Origin: Hypanus sabinus
Taxonomy: Eukaryota
DNA length: 64,000 nucleotides
NCBI RefSeq assembly: GCF_030144855.1
Contig: NC_082709.1
Span: 33,108,001-33,172,000 of the forward strand
Reading direction: 5' to 3'
Under the pieces are notes generated by a model. The model made no database searches and was not told the DNA's origin. It saw only the letters and a program-made list of their open reading frames with translations. A program made the translations under genes and the position numbers. Below are positions 26,463 to 40,559 of this stretch, in pieces; the stretch's first letter is position 1; each line of letters opens with the position of its first letter.

Positions 26463-26650
26463 CTTGAATTGCTAGCTCTTTCCACTTTTCTTTGTTTTGC
26501 TGAATTATGTCCATCCAGTTCAGCTTAAAGCATTTGAGGTCCACAGTAGCCACAGAATATTCGATAGAACAGCCTCCATCTGATGGAACACTCCTTACAC
26601 TGTGCCTTCTGGTTGTTTCTGGAGTGCTTCCTGCTCCAATATTGGTAAGA
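26463..26650 (-). CDS. PDE1A: PDE1A-like coding exon: (S)LTNIGAGSTPETTRRHSVRSVPSDGGCSIEYSVATVDLKCFKLNWMDIIQQNKEKWKELAIQ
   Basis: Not in the ORF track in this frame; translated by hand. Resembles PDE1A YSLAAVDLKSFKNNLVDIIQQNKERWKELAAQ as I recall it. Acceptor tttttcttgtgttgttaaag| and donor CAAG|gtgtgt. 188 bp, phase 2 to phase 1. Confidence 0.93.
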
Positions 26651-27404
26651 CTTTAACAACACAAGAAAAAAATTCAAGTTAGATGTTGAGACATGATGAA
26701 GAAAACTTTTAAACTTCAGGTAATTTTTTTTTAGCAACGATGAGCAGTGCCTGTCTAAATCAGTCATGTTTTAAATGGGTTGCTTTTACAATTAGATTAT
26801 GTAATGAAAACAAAATGTTTTATCCAATAAAAGGAAATTCATTTGTTTGGCTCTGGTTTATCTCTTCAGTACCACTTATGAGTTACTTTCTAAGTCTTCT
26901 GATTGTTCTTCCTAGCTTTTTTAGATTTTATGAGCTCAATTTATTTGTACACTGTTTCTTCTACTGCCTCAAGTACGTCCCTTTGGTTAATCCCATGGTT
27001 ACACTTGGTCCCCAATATCCTCAGTGCTATGAGGTTGAGCAGAACCATAAGCACGGACCAGGTCTCAATGGTGGACTATGGTTCCCCCGATGTCCTTGCA
27101 ATAGCAATTCCTGATTAGGTACAGTTGGTAACAATTGGAATACATATAACAAATTGAAAATATTAAAAACCATATCAAGAGTAACTAAAAATTAAAATTT
27201 AATCAACAACACATGAAACTACTGCTAATTAGTTAAAAGCTAAATATTAAAGAACAGGAAACAGAAAATCCTTCACTCGTCTGTTAGATGAAGTCCAGCG
27301 AACTATTCAAATAAATTGACACTCCAGAGATTGAGAGACAAAGACAAAGTTTATTCAGTTTGTCAGCACAGATCATTTGGAAACAATCCCTGAACCCACT
27401 GATG

Positions 27405-28360
27405 AAATAGAGGCATAGAGCACTAGAGCACAGAGACAAGCCCTTCAGCCCACCTAGTCCATGCCAAACTGTTATTCTGCCTAATCCAATCAATCCACAT
27501 CTGGACTTTTCCTCTCCCATCTATATACTTATACAATCTTCGATTACATTTTTCTATCAAAACCTCATCTACCACTTTCTCTGGTAGCTTTTTCCATACT
27601 CACACTATCCTCTGAGCAAGGAAGTTTCCCCCCAGGGTCCCCTTAAATATTTCACTGTTCACCCTTAATCTTTGACCTCTAGTTCTAGTCTTACCCAACC
27701 AGAATGGAAATGAAGACTGTCTGTATTTATCCTATCTATACTCCTCTTAACTTCTGAGATTGTCAAAAGCACCTGCTGTACAGTGTGTTCAGTACTTGGG
27801 TTGAGATGCTAAATTGGAGAAAGGCCAATTTTTGATGGTGTCAGAAAGGATCTGGGGACATGAACATGAAATTCTGAGAATGCAGAGTTTATATGTTCCT
27901 GTCAGAATAAAAGGCAATTGATAACAGGCTTAGGGAACTTCGGGTTTTGAGAGATGTTGAGGGTATCATTAAGAAAAAGCAGCTGCAGAGCAGGTATAGA
28001 CAAAAAAGAGCAGATGATATATTTGAGGAGAGAAACGCAAGAGAACACTTGAGAAGGAAATCAGGAGGATTAAAAGAGGGTGTGAGGTTGCTCTCGCAGA
28101 CAAGGTGAAGAGCTTCTACAGATATATTAAGAGCAACAGGATAGCAAAGGTCAATATTGGTCTCAAACATCAGAGTGGTCATCCTTGCATAAAGCCAGAA
28201 GAGATGGGGGTGATCTTAAATGGATTTTTTGTATCTGTATTTACTTGAAAGACAGACACAGAGTCTAAAGAAGTGAGGCAAAGCAGCAGTGAAATCGTGA
28301 GCACTATACAAATTACAGAGGAGGAGATGTTTGCTGTCTTCAGGCAATTAAGGTGCATAA
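27405..28360. mobile_element. CR1 fragments: minus-strand 3' end (about 27405-27750) and plus-strand mid-ORF2 piece (about 27790-28360)
   Basis: Similarity to the CR1 family at 61073-63191. Confidence 0.7.
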
Positions 28361-28364
28361 ATAG

Positions 28365-29190
28365 CAAAACCAAAGAGCTGATGATCAATTACAGGAGGAA
28401 GGAGCCAGAGATCTAGCAGCCATCCTCATTAGGGGAACAGAGGTGGAGACCATCAGTGGCTTTAAATTCCTTGGTGTTGACATATCAGAGGATCTATCCT
28501 CGGATCAGCAAGCACATAAGTTTCAACAGAAAGAAGGCACAGCAGCACCTCTACTTTCTTAGAAGTTTGTGTGGATCTGGTATGTCACCGAAAACTTTGA
28601 CAAACTTTTGGAGATGCACAGAGGATAGTGTCCTAATTGGTTGCATCACAGCCTGCTATGGAAACACCAATGCCCAGGAATAGAAGAGGCTATAGAAAGT
28701 GGTGAACTACAGGCAATGCCCTCCCATCAATGAGTGCATTTATATGGAGCACTACCACGAGAAAGCAGCATCCATCATCTAAGTCCCCCACCATCCAGAT
28801 CATGCCTTCTTCTCACTACAACCATTGGGAAGAAGGTACAGAAGCCTTCCAGTCCCACACCACCAGGTTCAGAAACAGTTATTACCCTTACAGTCATTAG
28901 GCTTCTGAACTGGAATTTGCTCTTACACTGAACTGATTCTCTGGCCTAAAATTTTATTTTCAAGGATCCTTTACAATTCATGTTATCAGTTTTTGTTATT
29001 GTTTGCACAGTTTGTCTTTTGCACATTATTTGCTTGTTTGCCTTTTTCTGTTTAAGTGTAATTTTTTTGTAAAATTCAATTTTATTCCTTTTTTTCTATA
29101 AACACCTGCAAGAAAATGAATCTCAAAGTAGTAAATAGTAATATATACTGTGCATACATGGATGATAAAGTTATTTCGAACTTTGAACTC
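28365..29190 (+). mobile_element. Rex1/Babar-like LINE 3' fragment
   Basis: KKAQQHLYFLRSL..GMSPKTLTNF..IGCITACYG and (TTTGAAC)n tail. Confidence 0.75.
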
Positions 29191-30491
29191 AGCAATGACC
29201 TAGCAACTGAATTCTCACAGTCATAACCTTGCCAAGTCCATCTTAAAGGCATCTATAGAACTGAGGCTAAAGTGGGAGAACTGGACAACACTCCTTTTTC
29301 TTGCATGACTCAACCATTATGCTAAATGGGATAGATGGTACTGATCTGGCAGCACAAAATTGAGCATTTAAGAAATACTGATGGCAATCTGAAGTAGTAG
29401 AAGCAGCAAACCCTCTTCACATTCATGTTTATGATTTCTTTCTCATTCATCAGTTGTGGTGGGCCCAGCTCTTGCATGCTCAAGACAAGAATTTTCCACC
29501 CTCTTCAGACAGAAGGGCCAAATGATTTCTGCTCCTTCGACCCCCTCCATGACATACACCAGTCTTCAACTAACTTGATTTACTCTCACATGATGTTAAA
29601 AACAGTTGTGTGCAATAGATACAGCAGAGGCTATGAGACCAGACTGACATCTTAGCAGTAGCATTGAAGACCTGTTCCAATACTAGCTCTTCCCCTAACC
29701 GAACTATTCATTATAGGTATATACTCAACAGTGTAGGAGATTGGTCTGACATTTCCTGATCTGAAAAAGCAGAACAAATTGAGTCTGGCTAAAAACTACC
29801 CTATCACTGGTAAAGCGATGAAAGGTGTCAGCAGGAGGGCTGTCAACTAACACCTTCTTACCAATAGCCTGCTCATTAGTGTCTAATATCTATTTCTTCA
29901 GAACCATTCTCAATCCTTATTTTTGCATTAGTGAATGCATAGACTAAAGAGCTTGATTCTAGAGGTGAGGTGAAAGTGGATGCCCTTGACATCAAATTAG
30001 CATTTGATAAGGTATAGCTTCAAGTTCTGATGAAAACTGAAGTCAACCTGCATCCCGAGGAGAGCGCTCGGACTGTCAGAGTTACCTATTCGTCGCACAA
30101 AAGAAGCTGGTTATTGAAGGTTAATTATCGCAACCCCAGGATATCACTGCAGGACAGCCTCCTAGAGCAAATCATCCACAGCTACTTCATTAATAGTCTT
30201 CCTTTCACCATCAGATCAGAAATGGGGATGTTTGCTGATAATAAGCATGATGCTGAGATACATCATCAGTGATGTAACCCGGGCTCGTCCGATGTTATGG
30301 GTCTTTCAACATCAGACACTCTCACCAGGTGACCCAGCCATCAGGCCCTGTCTTGTGTCCCAGCAGCACTGGTTAATAAACAGTCAACGTTTCAGTCCGA
30401 GACTTTTTATCAGGACCATCCAGGACAAAGTAGCTGGGATGATTAGTATCTTATCTACCATTTCAATTTTCCCTTCTCTCTACTACCTAAG

Positions 30492-33400
30492 ACCATAACA
30501 CCGTAAGACTTAGGAGCAGAATTAGGCCATCTGGCCCATTGAGTCTGCTCCACCATTCAATCATGGCTGATCCTTTTTTTTTTATGTCATGTCCAATCAA
30601 GAGCCAATCAAGCTCTACCCAATGACCTGGCCTCCACAGCTGCATGTCGCAACAAATTTCACAAATTCCCCACCCTTTGGCTAAAGAAATTTCTCCGCAT
30701 CTCTGTTTTGAAAGGGCATCCCTCTATCCTGAGGCTGTGTCCTTTTGTCCTAGATTCTCCCACCATGGGAAACATCCTTTCCACATCTACTCTGTCTGGG
30801 CCTTTCAACATTCGAAAGGTTTCAATGAGGTTCCCCCTCATTCTTCTGAATTCCAGTGAGTACAGACCCAGAGCCATCAAACGTTCCTCATATGATAACC
30901 CTTTCAATTCTGGAATCATCCTTGTTAACCTCCTCTGGAACCTTAACAATGCCAGCATATCTTTTCTAAGTTGAGGGGCCCAAAACTTTTCACAATACTC
31001 AAGTGAGGCCTCACCAGTGCCTGATAAAGCCTCAGCATCACATCCCTGCTCTTGTATTCTAGACTTTTTAAAATGAATGCTAGCATGGCATTTGTCTTCC
31101 TTTATAACAACTTGACCTGTAAGTTAACCTTTAGGGTGTTTTGCACAAGGACTCCCAAATCCCTTTGCATCTCAGATTTTTGGATTTTCTGCCCATTTAG
31201 AAAATAGTCTGCGTATTTATTTCTACTACAAAAGTGGATGACACTGCATTTTCCAACCATGTATTTTATTTGCCATTTTTTTGCCCATTCTCATAATTTG
31301 TCTAAGTCCTTCTGCATCCTACCTGTTTCCTGAACACTAACTGCCCTTCTACCAATCTTCGTATTGTCTGCAAACTTGGCAACAAAGCCATCTATTCCAT
31401 CAGCTAAATCATTTATAAACAGCATAAAAAGAAGCGGTCCCAACACCAACCCCTGTGGAACACCTCTAGTCACTGGCAGCCAAACAGAAAAGGATCCTTT
31501 CATCCCCACTTGCTACCTCCTACCAATCAGCTGATGTTCTAACCATGTTAGTAACTTTCCTGTAATACGATGGGCTCTTAACTTGGTAAGCAGCCTCATG
31601 TGTGGCACCTTGTCAAAGACCATCTGAAAGTCAAAATATACAACATCCACTGCATCCCCTTTATCTATGCTACTTGTAACCTTCTCAAGGAATTCCAACA
31701 GGTTCACCAGGCAGGGTTTTCCCTGAAGGAAACCATGCTGACTTTGTACTATCTTGTCCTGTCCCATCAAGTGCGCCATCATCTCATCCTTAATAATTGA
31801 CTCTAACATCTTCCCAACCACTGAGGTCAGGTTAACTGGTTAATTATTTCCTTTCTGCTGCCTTCCTCCTTTCTTAAAGAATGGAGTGACATTTGCAATT
31901 TTCCAGTGCTCTGGCACCATGCCAGAGTCCATGATGGGTTGCACCTGAACTCGAGGGGGAGCAATATCCTTGCTGGTAGGTTTGCTAGCATGGTTCAGGA
32001 GGGTTTAAACTGATTTGCAAGGGGGATGGGACCCAGAGTGACAGAGCAGTGAAAGAAGTGCATGGAGTAAAGCCAGATCTAACACATCGAGAGGCTTTGA
32101 GGAAAGAGAAGCAGAATAAAGGGTGTAAAGGCAGTAAGGTAGAAGGGCTAAAGTGTGTGTACTTCAATGCAAGAAACATCAGGAACAAAGGTGATGAACT
32201 GGGAGCTTGGATACATACATGGAATTATGATGTAGTGGCCATTACGGAGACTTGGCTGGCACCAGGGCAGGAATGGATTCTCAATATTCCTGGATCTCAG
32301 TGTTTTAAAAGGGATAGAGAGGGCAGAAAAAGGGAAGGAGGGGTAGCATTGCTGGTCAGAGATATTATTACAGCTGCAGAAAGGGTGGGTAATGTAGCAG
32401 GATCCTCTTTTGAGTCAGTATGGGTGGAAGTCAGGAACAGGAAGGGAGCAGTTACTCTACTGGGAGTAATCTACGGGCCCCCTGGTAGCAGCAGAGATAC
32501 CAAGGAGCAGATTGGGAGGCAGATTTTGGAAAGGTGCAAAAATAACAGGGTTGTTATCATGGGTGACTTTAACTTCCCTAATATTGATTGACACTTGATT
32601 AGTTCCAAGGATTTAGATGGGGCAGAGTTTATTAAGTGTGTCCAGGATGGATTCCTGTCACAGTATGTTCACAGGCCAACTAGAGGAATGCCATACTAGA
32701 TCTAGTATGAAGTAACAAACTGGGTCAGGTCACAGATCTGTCAGTGGGTGAGCATCTGGGGGACAGTGATCACTGCTCCCTGGCCTTTAGCATTATCATG
32801 GAAAAGGATAGAATCAGAGAGGAGAGGAAAATTTTTAATTGGGGAAGGGCAAATTATGAGGCTATAAGGCTAGAACTTGCGGGTGTTAATTGGGGTGATG
32901 TTTTTGCAGGGAAATGTACTATGGACATGTGGTCAATGTTTAAGGATCTCTTGCAGGATATTAGGGATAAATTTGTCCTGGTGAGGATGATAAAGATTGC
33001 CAGGGTGAAGGAAGCATGGCTGACAAGTGAAGTGGAAAATCTAGTCAGGTGGAAGAAGGCAGCATACATGAGGTTTAGGAAGCAAGGATCAGATGAGTCT
33101 ATTGAGGAATATAGGGAAGCAAGAAAGGAGCTTAAGAAGGGGCTGAGAAGAGTAAGAAGGGGGCATGAGAAGGCCTTGGTGAGTAGGGTAAAGGAAAACC
33201 CCAAGGCATTCTTCAATTATATGAAGAAAAAAAAGGATGACAGGAGTGAAGGTAGGACCAATTAGAGATAAAAGTGGGAAGATGTGCCTGGAGGCTGTGG
33301 AAGTGAGCGAGGTCCTCAATGAATACTTCTCTTCAGTATTCACCAATGAGAGGGAACTTGATGACGGTGAGGACAAGATGAGTGAGGTTGATGTTCTGGA

Positions 33401-34745
33401 GCATGTTAATATTAAGGGAGAGGAGGTGTTGGAGTTGTTAATATACATTAGGACGGATAAGTCCCTGGGACCTGATGGAATATTCCCCAGGCTGCTCCAC
33501 AAGGCGAGGGAAGAGATTGCTGAGCCTCTGCCTAGGATCTTCATGTCCTCGTTGTCCATGGGAATGGTACTGGAGGATTGGAGGGAGGTGAACGTTGTCC
33601 CCTTGATCAAAAAAGGTAGTAGGGATAGTCCGGGTAATTATAGACCAGTGAGCCTTATGTCTGTGGTAGGAAAGCTGTTGTAAAAGATTCTTAGAGATAA
33701 GATCTATGGGCATTTAGAGAATCATGGTCTGATCAGGGACAGTCAGCATGGCTTTGTGAAGGGCAGATCATGCCTAACAAGCCTGATAGAGTTCTTTGAG
33801 TAGGTAAACAGGCATATAGATGAGGGTAGTGCAGTGGATGTGATCTACATGGATTTTAGTAAGGCATTTGACAAGGTTCCACACGGTAGGCTTATTCAGA
33901 AAGGCATGGGCTTTATTCAAAAAGCCCTTTCTTTTGCTTTTACAATCGCTTTGACTTCCCTTATGAGCCATGGTTGTATTATTTTACCATTTGAGTATTT
34001 CTTCATTTTTGAAATGCACTTATCCTGCACCTTCCTCATTTTCCCCAGAAACGCACACCATTGCTGCTCTGCTGACACCCCTGCCAGCAGCTCCTTCCAA
34101 TTTACTTCTGCCAACTCCTCTCTCATACCACTGTAATTTCCCTTACCACTGAAATACTGCCACATCAGACTTTACTTTCACACTATCAAATTTCTACTAG
34201 AACTCAATCATATTGTGATCATTGGTTCCTATGGGTTCTTTTACCTTAAGCATCTCTGGTTTATTACATAACACCCAATTCAATATAGATGATCCCCTAG
34301 TAGGCTCAATGACCAACTGCTCTCTTAGGCACTCAACAAACTCACTCTCTTGAGATTCATTACCAATCTGATTTTCTCAATCGACCTGCATGTTAAAATC
34401 TCCCATGACTACCATAACATTGCCCTTTTGACTCGCCTTTTCTATTTCTTGTTCTAATCTGTGCTCTACCTCCCAGCCATTGATGAGAGGTCTGCATATA
34501 ACTGCCATCAATGTCCTTTTACCCTTGCAGTTTCTTACTCAACCCACAAGGATTCAACATCTTCTGATCCTAGGTCACATCTTTCTACTGGTTTGATGTC
34601 GTTCTTTACCAGTTGAGCCACACCACCCCTTCTGCCTACCTTCCTATCCCTCCCATATAATATGTAACCTTGGACATTCAGCTCCCAACAACAACCATCC
34701 TTCAGCCATGATTTGGTGATGGCCACAACATCATACCTAATTTGC
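30492..34745. mobile_element. Composite CR1: minus-strand element (30492-31932 and about 33910-34745) interrupted by a plus-strand CR1 piece (about 31933-33905)
   Basis: Minus strand: endonuclease YDVVAITKSW, RT GVPQGLVLGP/KFADN and 3' tail. Plus strand: YFNARNI, VAITETW, GDFNFP, SDH, NYRPVSL, MDFSKAFDKVPH. Confidence 0.9.
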
Positions 34746-35767
34746 ACTATTACAGATTGTCAGGTATGATGTTGTGGCCATCTTGTGTATCCTGTACAAA
34801 ATGCACTCTAGTTACCTGCACAGATTACTCTGGGAACACCTCCCAAACACTTATCTTTGACAACAAGAAGGACAAGAGCAATGAGTGTACAGGAACACCA
34901 CCACTTGCAGGTTTCCCTTCAAGTCTTCACACCTTCCTGACTTGGAAATTTATCATCAGTTCTTCGTCATCACTGGGTCCAAATCTTGGAACTCCTACTT
35001 AAGAGTACCAAGAGATATCAGAAGGACATTAGCGGTCTACTGTTACCTCTGAAGGCAATTAGGGATGGCCAGGAAATGCTCAACTTGTTGTTGATGCTTG
35101 CAACCTGAAAAATGAATCAATAACAACTTTGTAGTGTTTCCTATTCTGCATTTCATGATTATTGGCTTATTTCTGCTTTCCCTCTCTTTTTAACCATCCA
35201 GTCACAGAGGTAGTGATTTTAGTGATGGTACAGATTTGTTGGCAGAAGCTCATCAATATCAATTATCAGGGAGAGTAGAATCAATATCCAGAGTGCAGAG
35301 TTGTGACACAGACTAGGGCCAATGCACAGGATCTTGCCAGTTCTGGGCCGAACTGCCAACATTTACCCCATCTAAATGTTGGTGCATTTGGGTACGCACA
35401 TCTTTACATAAATTGAATATTAATATTCTGAAATGTTTGACAGATTTAAAAGTAAGGGCTCCATATGGACTCCAGCTTTGGAACATGAGCTGACTAAGAT
35501 TCCTTGCAGTTTTGCTGAGGAAGATCGTCACAGATTCTGTGCCAGCTCAGGGCTAGCACTGTTGTGGCAAACCATTGATGTTGGATATGTTGACTGCAGG
35601 GTATTGGACTGTAGCACTGAGAGAATAAGCAGGTCCCAAATGGCCATGAGGAGAGTGGGAACAGGAAAATGAAAGGATTTGGCTAAAAGATTAAAACTCA
35701 GACACACATCAATTAAATTTCAAAACAATATTTACTGGAGCTTTGCCCAACAGCTGCCAACCATTCA

Positions 35768-36040
35768 CTAACAAAAGAAAATCTGCAGATGCTGGAAATC
35801 CAAGCAACATTCACAAAACACTGGAGGAAATCAGCAGGCCAGGCAGTAGCACAAGAGAGAATCTGCAGATGCTGGAAATCCAAGCAACAGAAACAAACTG
35901 CTGGATGAACTCAGTAGGCCAGGCAGCATCTATGGAAAAAATACAGTTGACGCTTTGGGCCGAGACCATTCAGCAGGACCGGAGATTTGATGCTGTCTGG
36001 CCTGCTGAGCTCTTCCAGCATCTCGTGTATGTGTGTTGCC
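35768..36040. mobile_element. Penelope-like terminal repeats, tandem plus inverted
   Basis: AATCTGCAGATGCTGGAAATCCAAGCAAC occurs twice in tandem, then a hammerhead remnant and an inverted GATGCTGTCTGGCCTGCTGAG. Confidence 0.75.
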
Positions 36041-36139
36041 AACTTTAACACTAAGGTGGGAAGAGGGTCGAGAGAGCTAATGGAGGTGGTGGTGCAGTAA
36101 AGGTGAGGGTCAGCATCATACACGTAGAAAACAATATAC

Positions 36140-36460
36140 GTGGACAATCTCATAAAAAGACAGTGTCTAAAGAAGGTGGCATCCAGCATTAAGGACCCTC
36201 ACCATTCAGAACATGCCCTCTTCTTATTACTCCATCAGGGAGGAGGGCCCAGGAACCAGAAGACCCACACTCATTGTTTTAGGATCAACTTCTTTCCCTT
36301 TGTCATCAGGTGGTCTATAAACACTACTTTGCTATTTTCCTTTTACACCATTTTACATTGGAATTTATAATAATATTTGTCTGTCTCGCACAGCACTGCT
36401 GCTACAAAACAAAACAGTTCAGGACATATGTCAGTGATAATAAATCTGACTCTGATTCTG
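36140..36460 (+). mobile_element. Rex1/Babar-like LINE tail
   Basis: CLKKVASSIKDPHH and tail GATAATAAATCTGACTCTGATTCTGA. Confidence 0.65.
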
Positions 36461-38010
36461 AGATGATGTTGCCCATATGTGAAAAATAAGAACAGGCCAA
36501 AGGCAACAGCAACAGAAATGATGGCATGGGAAAAGGAAGCAAAACTACCTCAGGGGAATCCCTGGCCATGACTGCATTGATTAGGATAGAAGCTGGCAAA
36601 TGCAGTCCCAGCCAGCTGGATCTTGCTGAAGAGCGCGTAGTCAACCAAGAGAAAGGCTGCCAATAGGTGAAGAGAGGTAGATTACTTTGCTACTTACAAA
36701 ATTTAGGATCTGATAGCAGTTATTTTGATTAGGTGATGGGGGAAGAAACATGCGAGAAGCCATTCAGACATGGAGTTCGGAGAGAAGGCGGCCTGGATTT
36801 GTGAGGTGACAGGAAGTTCAAGGACTTTGGGAGCTCAGAAATGAATCAGTAATTTGTAAGGACGAAGGGCTTTTAGATTAGATTTGATGGTGTGAGATTT
36901 GAAAAATAGTACAGTCCCTGAAGGGATCATTAAAAATATCATCTAAGCAGTTTGTGCAGTGGGGTGGTGAAAGCTGATTTACTGCATATATAACAAAAAC
37001 AGCAGTGCTGCACCTGGCAGGTAGGGTCAGCAGTGCAGAGGAAATGAAGTTTAACATATCATCCATGGAGTGGGAGAGGGAGGGGGAGAGGGAGAGGTAG
37101 AGAGAGAGAGAAAGAATGTTTAGCTCCATATCCCTTTTTTTCAGAACAGATGGAAAGTGGCAGTTTAAACTGGGATTTCATTTGAACTAGGGCCAAAATG
37201 TCCTCACTTAAAGCCAGAGAGACTTACAGCAAGGAGATTAGGTAAGCAATAGTGCTGGTTGGTCAGAGATAATGATACACAGGAGACAGCTTCCCTGACA
37301 GCTGACCACTAGGAGCCATCCACTTTACTTCCGGGTCATGTACAATGAATCCTTCTCTCTGCAGGTCATCCAGGGACATTCAAGCATCTCTGTCTTACCC
37401 ATTATGTCTGGAGTTAAAACAGCAACTGAAACCGTGTTCAGAAAAGGATCTGCTGCGATCTCCCAGCTCAATTCTATCTTTGTGACTGTTGGCTATATCA
37501 TGAGTGCACTCCGATCTGCCAGCTTTGCTCTGGTCTCTCTGGCAAGATGTGACTCTTCTCCTATAATCTTCCAAGCTCTGACCTTTGTCATTTATGTGCA
37601 TTATTCCCCATCTGCTCTTCGTGCTTCCTGACTGTCCCAATAATCCCTTCCTCTCCATCTGCCAACTCTATTGTGCTCTGTTTCCCATCTGTTTCTGAAA
37701 TCTCCCGAGAATCTGTCTGTTTTTGTCTCAGCCATACAAGGTTCAATCTCTCTTCTTGTCTCTGTGTCCTGAACTATTGTGTCACATGCAAAACTGAAAA
37801 CATAAAACTCCACCAACCTTTCATAATGTACATTTGGATGAGGCAGGAGAAAATTAAGTAACTTTCACAAGTGACATGACAATCCCAGACATTTAAACCA
37901 TGAAGAAATTGTACTAGGAAATTCTAAAATCTAATGCAGAAATATATCAAATTAACGTTAAAGTTGAAAATATTGCACTGTTCTGTAAATCTGGGAAACT
38001 CTGCAATCTA

Positions 38011-38026
38011 ACACTAGATGGTGCTA
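38011..38026 (+). promoter_or_regulatory. Candidate CTCF site
   Basis: ACACTAGATGGTGCTA, in the same orientation as the 55665 site. Confidence 0.4.
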
Positions 38027-38419
38027 CATCACAAATTAAAGAGAACCTCTCAAAATCCTAGCGAAAAGTTAATCTCAGTGTCAAATTTTGTATTTTATCA
38101 TTCAATGTCTATATTTACCAAGAAAACATAACACCAAAAGGTACTTAGTTGCTCCTCAATTGCACCTCCTACTAACAGCAGAAAAAAACAAAAGAAACAA
38201 CACCAAGCATTTGTGAAAAGATTACAATACAAACTTTATACATGTTAGGAAGCTTAAATTAACCTATGTAATTAGCCAACAATGATAGAATCATTTGATC
38301 ACAAAAACATTGAAACTTTTCAATAAACACATTTAAACAACTTAAAAATCAACACTATGAATGAGGAAAAGATGCTAACTATTGAAAGTTCAAGAATGCA
38401 AATTTCAGAAAATCTGCAA

Positions 38420-40200
38420 TGACAATTGTAGGATTAAGGTAAACGCCAAGGTGTTTGGCCCAAATGTTAAGAACAGGGTGTTAATTAGAGTGAGGGTAGG
38501 AGTGATCAGGTATAGAAGAGGAAACATGTATCTAGAGGAGGAAGTTCTTACTAAACACTTGGCTTCAGTATGCACCAGTAAGAGGACCTTGACGTGTATG
38601 AGAACAGTGTAAAACAGGCTGATACTGTACGCTAGGACACATCAATGTTAAGAAAGAGGATTGCTGGAACCTCCGTAAAACACTAAGATCATCAAATCCC
38701 TGGGGCCAGATGGGATATACCCCAGGTTATTACAGTGTGAGGGAAGGGACTGCAGCACCTTTGGCAATGATCTTTGAGCCTGGAAGCAGGAGTAGTACCA
38801 GATGACTGGAAGGCAGGAAATGTTATTCCTTTGTTCAAGAAAGGGAGTAGAGGGAACTCAGGGAATTATACAGCAGCGAGTCTTAGTTCAATGGTGAACA
38901 AGTTATTGGAGAAGTTTCTAGGAGACAGGAATTATGAGCATTTGGAGAAGCATAGTCTGATTATAGATAGTCAACATGGCTTTCTGAGGGGCAGATCATG
39001 TCTAACGAGCCTGCTTGCATTCTCTGAGGATGTGCCAAAGCACATTGCTGAAGGTAGAGTAGTGGATGTGGCGTATATGGATAAGGTTCTCCATGGCGGG
39101 CTCATTCAGAAAGTTAGGAGGCACGGAATCCAGGGAAACTTGGCAATGTGGATTCAGAATTATGGCCATGGAAGGTAGATGGAGCATATTCTGCCTTGAG
39201 TGTTTCACAGAGATCTATTCTGTTACCCCTGCTCTTTGGGATTTTTAAAAATGACTTAAGTGAGCAAGTGGATGGACTGGTTGGTAAGTTTGCAGATGAC
39301 ACGAAGGCTGGTGGTGCTGTGGATGGTGTAAAAGGTTGTTGTAGGTTACCATGGGACATCGACAGGATGTGGAAATAGTCTGAGAAGTTGCAGGTGAAGT
39401 TCAACCAAGAAAAGTATGAAGTGATTAACTTTGGAAGGTCAAATTTGAAGGGAGAATGCATGGCTAATGGCAGGACTTTTAGCAGTGTGGAGGAACAGAG
39501 GGATTTTGGGGTCCACATCCATAGATCTTCAAAGTTGCCACACTAGTTGATAAGGGCTGTTATGAAGGAATATGGTGTTCTGGCTTTCATTAGTTAGGGG
39601 ATTGAGTTCAAAAGCCATGGGGGAATGTCATAACTCTATAAAACCATGGTTAGACCACACTTAGAGTATTATGTTCAGTTCTGATCAACTCATTATTGGA
39701 AAGAAGTAGAAAATTTAATTTGTCAGGATACTACCAGATGAGAGAGCATGCCTTTTCAGGATAGTTTGAGTAAACTAGAGCTCTTCTCATTGGAAAGCAG
39801 GATGACAGGCAACTTGATAAAGATGTACAAGATGATTAAGAGGCATTGATTGAGTGGAGAGCAAGAGACTTCTTTTTCACAGGGCAGAAATAGCTAATAC
39901 CGGGGGGGGGGGGGGGGGGAAATATCTAAGGTGATTGGAAAGGTGATTGGAAGCAAGTATAGAGGTAGGTTTTTTACACAGACAGTGATGACTGTGTGGA
40001 ATGCCTTGTCAGGAGTGGTGGCAGAGGCAGATGCATTAAAGATATTTAAGTAAATCTAAGATAGGCAGATGAATGATAGAAAAATGGAAGACTATATTAG
40101 AGGGAATGGCTAGATTGGCCTTAGAGCAGGTTAAGAGGTTGGCAGAACATTGTGGGCTGAAGGGCCTGTACTGTGCTGTAGTGTTCTATGGTCTATGTTT
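38420..40200 (+). mobile_element. CR1 LINE, degraded, containing a G18 run at 39902-39919
   Basis: VPDDWKAGNVIPLFKK, SQHGF, KFADDTK and TGTTCTATG tail. Confidence 0.88.
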
Positions 40201-40559
40201 AATGAAATGGGAACTTTGTGTATATTAGAAAGCTGAGTTTTGCAGACTGCAGATCTGACCCATTGTCTATGTTGATAATTGATCTGCGAGTTTGTGCTGC
40301 TATTAGTTTCAGACTGGAGAGGGACCAAAAAGGCCAACGATCTCTATCCAGGTCATTTTGCTGAACTCTGCAAGTATTGATGTATATGGTTTGAAGGATA
40401 ACCTCATGGAGCTTACAGTAGAAGTTCACACATGAAAACAACCTAAATAATGATGTAGAAAATGCTTATAACCAGCTATATTAGCAAGAAAGAATGGGAA
40501 TTACTTATTATTTAAAACCACCTCACATCCTCCTAGGAGATTGGATAGGTACAAGAAAT

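Noticed and set aside
26525-27118. ORF-track ORFs overlapping or next to the second PDE1A exon
   Set aside because: Wrong frame or strand; the real frame is set by splice phase and PDE1A similarity.
37300-37660. Possible extra exon (ORFs 37338-37631 and 37395-37658)
   Set aside because: No PDE similarity, and the flanking PDE1A exons already join in frame. It looks like a very old L2-type RT remnant (TET...AF motif), too weak to annotate.
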